Assembly: GCA_031272275.1 (NCBI GenBank)
Contig: JAISUC010000003.1
Location: 92,214 to 156,213, forward strand
DNA from: Actinomycetes bacterium
GTDB lineage: Bacteria; Actinomycetota; Coriobacteriia; WRKU01; WQUG01
DNA length: 64,000 nt
Direction of reading: 5' to 3'
Within the stretch, counting starts at the first letter, position 1. Each line of letters starts with the position of its first letter. The translations under genes and the position numbers were made by a program. Under the pieces are notes generated by a model. The model saw only the letters and a list, made by a program, of their open reading frames with translations. It was not told the DNA's origin and ran no database searches. Positions 47,442-54,900 of the stretch are shown piece by piece.

Positions 47442-48701
47442 ATGAACGTTCCGGGAATGCTATTCAGGTCGCCGTCACTCGTGACTGCGCAGACAGGGTT
47501 TGTGCCACAGTGTCGCCGGCGTGGCCGTGTGGCTGCGCCTGCTGTGGCGTTATTGAGCCTCTGCTGTCTGTTCGGCTGCTTGTTCGGTGTGTTGCCTGTC
47601 AGCACCGGGTCGTTTGTGGGGGTGCCGACGGCTGCGGCGGCGACGGTGACGCATCCGCAGATCTTGTTGGGCTTTGAACAGCGTTATGGGGATGCCAATA
47701 AAAAACACCTAGGAGTCGATGTCGCTGCCGTTGCCGGCGCCGATGTGCATGCACCGGTGGCGGGCACCGTCAGTTTCATCGGACGGGTTCCGGGTTCTGC
47801 CGGTCTGAATGTCACCGCTCTGACCATCACAGACGCATCCGGACGACAGATTTGCGTAAACCCCTTGGCATCGACTGCGGTAAAGAAAGGCGACACGGTC
47901 AGCAAACACCAGGTGGTAGGAACGCTGGCTGCCACGGGTGATCCGTCGGTCGACGCCTGCCATTTTCACCTGAGCCTGCGCGTCGACGGGAAATACCGTG
48001 ACCCGTCCGGGTTGCTGGAAGACGTGATGGAGCCTGCCGGACTTGCGGTGGCGGGGCAGGCGGATGCCGGCGCCACGGGCACCGATGCGGGGCCTGCTGC
48101 TGCGGCGGGTGTCGTGGAAGCGCCGGCAGCTGCCGGGGCACCGAACGCGGTGGGGACTACGGTCGCCCGTACGGTTTCATCCGGGCAACACAGCGGGGAG
48201 GGTGCCGCGCAGAAGCGCACGGAAGCCCGGACCGCTGCCGCTCCGGCGGCTGCGGCTGCCGGTGTCGGTGTGGCGGAGCTGTCCGGGAAGCCGGCAGTCC
48301 GTCCGATAGGGGTGGGACAGCAGAAACACGCGGGTGCCGACATCCCGCTTCCCCCTCTTTCTCCGCTTCATCAGGGGGTGGTAGGCACTGTCCTGTCGGC
48401 GGCCGGTGCAATGAAACTGCGGGCGACCGATGCGCACGCGTCTGAGCGTGCCGGTGTGACCGGAGCGGAGTCGGCCGGCGAATCGGATGCGGTCGGTAAT
48501 GTCGGAGCCACGTGGTATAACAGCCTTATCAGTACGTATGGACCGCTGCAGATTGCGGGAATGCTGTTTGCGGCAGCCGTCGTGCTTTCCTGTGCAGGGT
48601 ATGGGGTGTTTGTGCTCGCTCGCGGTGTCATTTGCGCGTCGGACGCGAATGATGGTACAATGGCGAGCCACGCATCCTGCTCCGGGCAAAGCCTTCTTTA
48701 G
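47442..48701 (+). CDS. M23-family (LytM-like) metallopeptidase with an Ala-rich spacer and a C-terminal hydrophobic anchor
   Basis: HLGVDVAA...DVHAPVAGTV...HFHLSL are the M23 zinc ligands. There is an N-terminal signal/TM, a long Ala/Gly/Pro-rich region and a terminal TM (IAGMLFAAAVVLSCAGYGVFVLA). The start is either 47397 or 47442. Confidence 0.75.
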   Translation: MNVPGMLFRSPSLVTAQTGFVPQCRRRGRVAAPAVALLSLCCLFGCLFGVLPVSTGSFVGVPTAAAATVTHPQILLGFEQRYGDANKKHLGVDVAAVAGADVHAPVAGTVSFIGRVPGSAGLNVTALTITDASGRQICVNPLASTAVKKGDTVSKHQVVGTLAATGDPSVDACHFHLSLRVDGKYRDPSGLLEDVMEPAGLAVAGQADAGATGTDAGPAAAAGVVEAPAAAGAPNAVGTTVARTVSSGQHSGEGAAQKRTEARTAAAPAAAAAGVGVAELSGKPAVRPIGVGQQKHAGADIPLPPLSPLHQGVVGTVLSAAGAMKLRATDAHASERAGVTGAESAGESDAVGNVGATWYNSLISTYGPLQIAGMLFAAAVVLSCAGYGVFVLARGVICASDANDGTMASHASCSGQSLL

Positions 48702-48735
48702 ACCCGGGGCCGCAAAGACCGAAGGAGGTGAAAGA

Positions 48736-49029
48736 GTGAAGGCATATGAACTGTTGGTGATATTCAATCCGACCTTAAGCGAAGACGATCGCGCTGCCGC
48801 GCTGGAACGCGCTACGAAACTCGTGGGCGACGGCGGGTCAGTTATCGACGAGGTGAACGAATGGGGCAAGCAGAAGTTGGCGTACGAGATCAATAAGATC
48901 AAGGACGGCGACTATGTACTGTTTGATTTCCATGCCAATCCCGAGCACGTTGCCGAGATCGACCGCGTTTTGAGGATCACCGATACCGTTGTACGCTTTA
49001 TGATGGTGCGACGTGAAGACAAAGACTGA
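48736..49029 (+). CDS. rpsF: 30S ribosomal protein S6
   Basis: GTG start 8 nt after GAAGGAGG. The sequence VKAYELLVIFNP...GDYVLFDF is S6-like. The track ORF 48487..49029 is an in-frame upstream extension. Confidence 0.9.
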   Translation: MKAYELLVIFNPTLSEDDRAAALERATKLVGDGGSVIDEVNEWGKQKLAYEINKIKDGDYVLFDFHANPEHVAEIDRVLRITDTVVRFMMVRREDKD

Positions 49030-49057
49030 TTGATTGACAAGACAAGGTGGTTGAAAC

Positions 49058-49498
49058 ATGAGCATCAACAAAGTGGCAATAAGCGGTAACCTGACTCGCG
49101 ATCCCGAGCTGAAGCAAGCCGGGCAGTCGACCGTGCTGGAAATGGGCGTTGCGGTAAACGAGCGCCGTAAGAATTCCCAAACGGATCAATGGGAAGAGGT
49201 TCCCAGCTTTATTGACGTGAACGTCTGGGGTGCGCGCGGAGAGGCTCTGAGCCGTTTCCTGCGCAAGGGCATGAAAATCGCCGTCACCGGACGTCTGCGC
49301 CAGGACCGTTGGCAGGCTCAGGATGGAACGAATCGCTCGAAGATCATCGTCATCGCGGACGAAGTCGACTTTATGTCGAGCCCGCGCGAGGACGGTGGCA
49401 ACTATTCGCAGGGCGACGGCGGACAACAGTATTCCGCATCCGCATCCGCACCCGCAGGTCCGAGTGTCGAGGTCCTGACCGAAGACATTCCGTTTTAG
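49058..49498 (+). CDS. ssb: Single-stranded DNA-binding protein
   Basis: OB-fold N-terminus (MSINKVAISGNLTRDPEL), a Gly/Ser/Gln-rich linker and an acidic tip ending EDIPF. Confidence 0.92.
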   Translation: MSINKVAISGNLTRDPELKQAGQSTVLEMGVAVNERRKNSQTDQWEEVPSFIDVNVWGARGEALSRFLRKGMKIAVTGRLRQDRWQAQDGTNRSKIIVIADEVDFMSSPREDGGNYSQGDGGQQYSASASAPAGPSVEVLTEDIPF

Positions 49499-49560
49499 TG
49501 AGTGTTTGATGAACGACCACCCCTGCTCTTGCACAGGAAAGGATAAGGAGGTTAGAAGCG

Positions 49561-49821
49561 ATGGCTGAATATAATCGCGTTCCGCGCAAACGGTATTGCC
49601 AGTTTTGCAAGGACGAGACAGCCTACATCGACTACAAAGACACCCAGCTTCTCCGTCGCTACATCACCGAGCGCGGCAAGATCAAGCCGCGTCGTGTAAC
49701 CGGCGTCTGCACGCAACACCAGCACGAGCTGGCCGTTGCGATTAAGCGCGCCCGCGAGATGGCGTTGATTCCCTATGTCGTACCGGTCGTCTCGGGACGT
49801 ATCGGTCGCGGTCGGAACTAG
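49561..49821 (+). CDS. rpsR: 30S ribosomal protein S18
   Basis: [15 protein letters not shown]...[14 protein letters not shown]. 86 aa, with an AAGGAGG RBS. Confidence 0.93.
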   Translation: MAEYNRVPRKRYCQFCKDETAYIDYKDTQLLRRYITERGKIKPRRVTGVCTQHQHELAVAIKRAREMALIPYVVPVVSGRIGRGRN

Positions 49822-49835
49822 GGGGTGGGCTGTCG

Positions 49836-50546
49836 ATGAAAGTCATATTGTTGGCAGAACTGAAAGGTCGCGGCGGCGAAGGCGACGTTATCGAGGTTGC
49901 CCGCGGCTTTGCGATGAACTATCTGTTCCCCAAGAAAATCGCCGTCGAGGCGACCCCCGGGAACTTGAAGCAGCTGGAACAGCGGCGCCACAACATCAAA
50001 AAGCGCGAGGATATCCGTCTGGCAGAGGCCGGCGATTTCCGCGCGGTGTTGGACGGCAAAAAGGTCACCATTACGGTCAAGGTCGGCGAAGCCGGGCGCC
50101 TGTTCGGTTCGGTGACCCCGATGATGATCGCCGATGCCATCAAGGACCAGCTGGAAATCGAGGTCGACCGTCGCAAGATTGAAACGCACGGTTCGATCAA
50201 GAACGTCGGTGAGCATCCGGCGGAGGTCTCGGTCTATCGTGACATCAAGGCACACCTGACGGTCGACGTGGTCGCCGAGGGTGCTCCGGTCGAGGCGAGC
50301 GAGGAAGAGGCGGCATTGGCAGCCGAGGTCGAGGCCGCCAAGGCAGGCGACGCCCCGGAGCCCGAGGGCGACGAGGCAGCCGAAACCGCTGCAGAGATTC
50401 TGGAAGAGGCCGTCGAGGTTTTGGCTGCTGAAGAAGCGGCTGAAATCGTCGAAGAAGTTGCCGAGGAAGTTGTTGCTGAGGTCCTGGCTGAAGAGGCGGT
50501 CGTCGAGGCCGTTGAAGAGCTTGTGGCAGCAGAGGACGGCGAGTAA
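49836..50546 (+). CDS. rplI: 50S ribosomal protein L9 with a ~88-aa acidic Glu/Ala/Val-rich C-terminal extension
   Basis: MKVILLAELKGRGGEGDVIEV... forms the L9 core to about residue 148. Low-complexity EEAAEIVEEVAEEVVAEV... follows to residue 236. Confidence 0.88.
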   Translation: MKVILLAELKGRGGEGDVIEVARGFAMNYLFPKKIAVEATPGNLKQLEQRRHNIKKREDIRLAEAGDFRAVLDGKKVTITVKVGEAGRLFGSVTPMMIADAIKDQLEIEVDRRKIETHGSIKNVGEHPAEVSVYRDIKAHLTVDVVAEGAPVEASEEEAALAAEVEAAKAGDAPEPEGDEAAETAAEILEEAVEVLAAEEAAEIVEEVAEEVVAEVLAEEAVVEAVEELVAAEDGE

Positions 50547-50599
50547 AGGCAACGCGCTTGATTGTGGTAGCGAAGCCATATGGTTCGACCGCAGAAAAA

Positions 50600-50624
50600 G
50601 GCGGCTCCGGTGAGCCGCCTTTTC
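50600..50624 (+). terminator. Rho-independent terminator after rplI
   Basis: GGCGGCTC-CGGT-GAGCCGCC followed by TTTTC. Confidence 0.8.
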
Positions 50625-50628
50625 AATC

Positions 50629-50646
50629 TGTGGATAACGTGGATAA
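50629..50646. promoter_or_regulatory. Two tandem DnaA-box-like 9-mers upstream of dnaB
   Basis: TGTGGATAA is the perfect complement of TTATCCACA. It is immediately followed by CGTGGATAA (one mismatch). Confidence 0.55.
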
Positions 50647-50750
50647 GATGAATAGCAGCAGCAAATCGCGGACACACCTTGCGGAAAAGTGTCAACAGTC
50701 GACAGGGGATTCGCTAGTATTGAACTTCGCGAGAAAAGAAGGGACGGGGC

Positions 50751-52136
50751 GTGCCTGATATCACCCAAAATAACGTCGGTCGAATTCCGCCGCATGATCT
50801 GGAGGCGGAGCGTGCAGTTCTGGGTTCGATGCTGCTTTCCGCAGAGGCGCAAACCATTGCAATTGGTATCCTGACCCCGCAAGACTTTTATCGCAGGGCG
50901 CATGAACACATCTTTCAGGCGATGCGGGATTTGTTCGAGCAAAATGTGCGCTTCGACTATATAACGCTGGCCGATCGCCTGAAAAGCAACAAGCGACTTG
51001 ACGATATCGGCGGATCCGAATATTTGATTAAACTGTCGGACAATGTTCCGACCAGCGCCTTCATCGAACGCTATGCAAACATCGTCAAAAAGTTATCCAC
51101 ATATCGAAAGATGACAGACGCGGGTGCCTTTATTTATTCAAAAGGATTCGAGGCACCCGACGACATTGATACGGCAATCGCAGAAGCCGAAGGCAGGCTG
51201 TTCGAGGTCACCGAAGAAGAGGTGTCAAATGACTTTAAGCCTCTGGCTCCCGACGCGCTGGACGGGGCATATCATTTGCTGGAGGCCTATAACGAGGCGG
51301 CCGGCGGAATCGTCGGTGTGCCGACCGGATTCGGCGAACTGGACTTGTTGACCGGAGGATTCCGCGGCGGTCAGTTGATAGTTTTGGGAGCCCGTCCCAG
51401 CGTTGGAAAGACCGCACTGGCATTGAATATTGCGGTAGGTGCCGCAAAATCCGGCGCCACGGTCGGGGTGTTTTCACTGGAAATGACCGCCGAAGACCTG
51501 GCGCTGCGTGTGCTGACATCCGAGGCAGGCATATCCAGCCAGATCGCCAAACAGGGTAACGTGTCCGGCGCACAGTGGGAAGTGTTTCAAAACACCAGTG
51601 ACCAGCTGTCCAAACTGGATATCTGGATTGATGACACACCCGGATTGGACATTAACCGCCTGCGCGTGAAGGCGCGGCGGCGTTTTCGCAAAACCAACGA
51701 CAAGCAGCGTTTGTTGATTGTGGACTATTTGCAGTTGATGACTGCCACGCCCCGGGCGGGGCGGCAATCCGAGAACCGTCAGCAAGAGGTCGCCGAGATT
51801 TCACGCGGACTGAAGATTCTGGCAAAGGATCTGGATGTGCCGGTGCTGGCACTGTCGCAGTTGTCGCGTGCGGCTGAACAGCGCAAAGACGCGCAACCCC
51901 AGTTGGCGGACCTGCGCGAATCGGGCGCTATTGAACAGGATGCCGATATCGTGATGTTCCTGTGGCGTCCCGACATGAAACCGAACAGCGAAAACTACGA
52001 GGAAAACGCCCAGAAATACTCCCCCGATTATGCCAAGCTGATAGTCGCCAAGCATCGTAACGGCGAAACCAAAGGGATACATCTGAGCTTTAATAAGAGA
52101 ATCGCGAAATTCATTCAAGCACGACGTCCGGAATAG
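50751..52136 (+). CDS. dnaB: Replicative DNA helicase DnaB
   Basis: GTG start. PPHDLEAERAVLGSMLL at the N-terminus and Walker A GARPSVGKT. RecA-like C-terminal domain. 461 aa with no intein. Confidence 0.95.
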   Translation: MPDITQNNVGRIPPHDLEAERAVLGSMLLSAEAQTIAIGILTPQDFYRRAHEHIFQAMRDLFEQNVRFDYITLADRLKSNKRLDDIGGSEYLIKLSDNVPTSAFIERYANIVKKLSTYRKMTDAGAFIYSKGFEAPDDIDTAIAEAEGRLFEVTEEEVSNDFKPLAPDALDGAYHLLEAYNEAAGGIVGVPTGFGELDLLTGGFRGGQLIVLGARPSVGKTALALNIAVGAAKSGATVGVFSLEMTAEDLALRVLTSEAGISSQIAKQGNVSGAQWEVFQNTSDQLSKLDIWIDDTPGLDINRLRVKARRRFRKTNDKQRLLIVDYLQLMTATPRAGRQSENRQQEVAEISRGLKILAKDLDVPVLALSQLSRAAEQRKDAQPQLADLRESGAIEQDADIVMFLWRPDMKPNSENYEENAQKYSPDYAKLIVAKHRNGETKGIHLSFNKRIAKFIQARRPE

Positions 52137-52145
52137 GAGACACAC

Positions 52146-53438
52146 GTGGCAGCAACGGTATTAATTGGCGCGCAATGGGGCGACGAGGGCAAAGGGAAAA
52201 TCACCGATTTGCTCTCGCAAGATTTCGACTATGTCGCACGCTTTCAGGGCGGAAACAATGCGGGACATACGGTCATTCATGGGGACCGCACATTGAAACT
52301 GCACCTGATTCCGTCAGGCGTGATGTATGAAACGGTGACGCCCGTTATCGGTAACGGCTGCGTGATTGACCCGAAAGTGCTGCTGGGCGAAATCGATACC
52401 CTGCAGTCCGAGGGCATCAGTTGCGAGCGGCTGATTATCAGCACCAACGCCCACCTGATAATGCCCTATCACCGTGATCTGGACGGGGCATCCGAACGAC
52501 GGTTGGGTGCCAACGAAATCGGGACCACGCGCCGCGGCATTGGACCTGCCTATCAGGATAAGGCGGCACGCTTGGGCTTGCGCATGCAGGATCTGTTTGA
52601 CCGCAGCATTTTCCGGGAAAAGGTTGCGGCTGCGCTGATTGAAAAGAACGACATTTTGCAAAAGGTCTACGGGCTGCCGACCTACACAGTGGACGCCATC
52701 GCCGATGAGTATTTGGCGTATGCCGAGCGCCTGAAGCCCTATGTGGACGAGGTGAGTCCGCTGCTCAATGATGCCTTGGATCGCGGCGACTGGGTGTTTT
52801 TTGAGGGCGCACAGGGAACACAGCTGGATATCGATCACGGGACGTATCCCTTTGTGACTTCGTCGAATCCGACGTCAGGCGGTGCCTGTGTCGGTACCGG
52901 TGTGGGACCTGCCCGGATTGATCGCGTGCTGGGAATCGCCAAGGCATACATCACGCGCGTGGGCGCCGGTCCGTTTCCGACCGAGCTGTTCGATGATGAC
53001 GGCCGTCAGCTGATTGATGTCGGGCACGAATACGGGACGACCACCGGGCGCGAGCGGCGTCCCGGTTGGTATGACGCGGTGATTGTGAAATCTGCCGTTC
53101 AGGTAAACGGCTTGACCGATCTGGCGATAACCAAGCTGGACGTCCTGTCCGGCTTTGACGAGATCAAGGTCTGCGTCGCCTACGAGCATCTGGGAAAGCG
53201 CTACACGTCCGTACCCGGACACCAAAGTGCCTTCCACCACGCACAGCCCGTCTATGAAACGCTGCCCGGGTGGCAGACCGACATCACCGGGGTGCGCAGG
53301 TTCGAGGATCTGCCCGGTGCGGCACGCGACTACATCAACTATCTGGAAGAACTCTCCGGTGTTCCGGTTTCGATCATTGCGGTCGGGCCGGATCGGGCAC
53401 AAACCATATTCCGCGACTGGGAAAGGCGGCAACGATGA
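52146..53438 (+). CDS. purA: Adenylosuccinate synthetase
   Basis: GAQWGDEGKGK P-loop, GTTRRGIGPAY. 430 aa. Confidence 0.95.
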   Translation: MAATVLIGAQWGDEGKGKITDLLSQDFDYVARFQGGNNAGHTVIHGDRTLKLHLIPSGVMYETVTPVIGNGCVIDPKVLLGEIDTLQSEGISCERLIISTNAHLIMPYHRDLDGASERRLGANEIGTTRRGIGPAYQDKAARLGLRMQDLFDRSIFREKVAAALIEKNDILQKVYGLPTYTVDAIADEYLAYAERLKPYVDEVSPLLNDALDRGDWVFFEGAQGTQLDIDHGTYPFVTSSNPTSGGACVGTGVGPARIDRVLGIAKAYITRVGAGPFPTELFDDDGRQLIDVGHEYGTTTGRERRPGWYDAVIVKSAVQVNGLTDLAITKLDVLSGFDEIKVCVAYEHLGKRYTSVPGHQSAFHHAQPVYETLPGWQTDITGVRRFEDLPGAARDYINYLEELSGVPVSIIAVGPDRAQTIFRDWERRQR

Positions 53439-54748
53439 AAGTACTGCTGATTGGTTCCGGCGGGCGCGAGCACGCATTGTGCCGAAAGCTGGCGGCGTCT
53501 GATTTGGTCGAGACGGTTTACGTTGCCCCGGGAAACGGCGGGACGGCGCTGGAGCCTGCTGCAGTCAATGTCGATCTGGGCAAATGGGCGATACGCAATG
53601 AACTGGATTCACAGGTTGACCCGGCTGTTGATTTTGCACGGGCACATGGGATAGAGCTGGCTGTAATCGGACCCGAGGCTCCCTTGGTGGACGGTCTGGC
53701 GGATCGTTTGCGGGCGGCAGGAATTGCAAGCTTTGGACCGGGGGCGGCAGGCGCCCGGCTGGAGGGCTCGAAACAGTTTTCCAAGGATTTTATGGCGCGC
53801 AACGCCATCCCGACGGCAGACTATCGGGTGTTTACTGTCGATACACAGGCAGAGGCATATGCCTATCTGGATGAAATCGGGGCACCGGTGGTGATCAAGG
53901 CCGACGGTCTGGCAGCCGGCAAGGGCGTGACCGTTGCCGCAACGGTCGAGGCTGCACGCGCGGCTTTGGCCGAGTGTTTCGACGGTCGGTTCGGTAGTGC
54001 CGGCGACACGGTGGTTATCGAGGAATGTTTGGTGGGACCTGAGTGTTCGATGATTGCTTTTGTGGACGGGCCGACGGTGCTGTGTTTGGCGCCCTCGCAG
54101 GATCATAAACGTGTGGGCGAGGGGGATACCGGACCGAATACGGGTGGCATGGGAGTATACTCCCCCGTGCCCTTGGTCACCGAGCAACAGTTGGCGTCCA
54201 TGCAAGAGATCATGCAGCAGGTCGCGGCGGCTTTGGTCGCGGAGGGCATCGAGTATCGCGGCGTGTTGTACGGCGGGTTTATGTTGACGTCTGCCGGACC
54301 GAAGGTGTTGGAATTCAACGTGCGATTCGGTGACCCCGAGACTCAGGTGATTTTGCCGCGACTGGAAAGCGACCTGGCGCAGTTGCTGTTGGCGACCGCG
54401 ACCGGGCAGCTGGCGGGCGTGTCCTTGGAAAACCGGGATGCCGTGGCGGTCAGCGTCGTGTTGGCGAGCGCCGGATACCCCGGCGACTATGAAAAGGGCA
54501 AGGTCATCACCGGGATTGAGGCGGCTGAAGCAATCGACGGCGTCGAGGTCTATCATGCAGGGACCGCACTGGTTACCGAGGGTGTCGGTCACGAACAGCT
54601 GGTGACGGCAGGCGGCCGCGTCTTGAACGTGACGGCGATGGCGGCCGATTTCCTCGACGCGATTCAGGCGGCCTATGCGGCGGTGGACCGGATTCATTTT
54701 GACGGTGCGTTTTGCCGGCGCGACATCGCACAGCGCGCTGTAAGCTAA
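53435..54748 (+). CDS. purD: Phosphoribosylamine--glycine ligase
   Basis: [19 protein letters not shown] overlap with the purA stop. The track ORF start at 53270 lies inside purA. Confidence 0.93.
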   Translation: MKVLLIGSGGREHALCRKLAASDLVETVYVAPGNGGTALEPAAVNVDLGKWAIRNELDSQVDPAVDFARAHGIELAVIGPEAPLVDGLADRLRAAGIASFGPGAAGARLEGSKQFSKDFMARNAIPTADYRVFTVDTQAEAYAYLDEIGAPVVIKADGLAAGKGVTVAATVEAARAALAECFDGRFGSAGDTVVIEECLVGPECSMIAFVDGPTVLCLAPSQDHKRVGEGDTGPNTGGMGVYSPVPLVTEQQLASMQEIMQQVAAALVAEGIEYRGVLYGGFMLTSAGPKVLEFNVRFGDPETQVILPRLESDLAQLLLATATGQLAGVSLENRDAVAVSVVLASAGYPGDYEKGKVITGIEAAEAIDGVEVYHAGTALVTEGVGHEQLVTAGGRVLNVTAMAADFLDAIQAAYAAVDRIHFDGAFCRRDIAQRAVS

Positions 54749-54900
54749 AGCTGTGATCTCAAAGCTGATGACGGCTTAGGTGCGGGCGCTGACCGTGTCG
54801 GTTTCAGCATATACCGCGTGTGCGTGACCGCGCGCGTGCGGGAATGTGAGAAAATAACAGGTGCAGTGAGAGGCCGCGCGCACCCGGGGAAAGGGAGTCG

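Noticed and set aside
49818-50942. 374-aa minus-strand ORF opposite rplI and the dnaB start
   Set aside because: It is antisense to ribosomal protein L9 and spans the rplI terminator and the DnaA boxes. Its low-complexity translation mirrors the acidic tail repeat.
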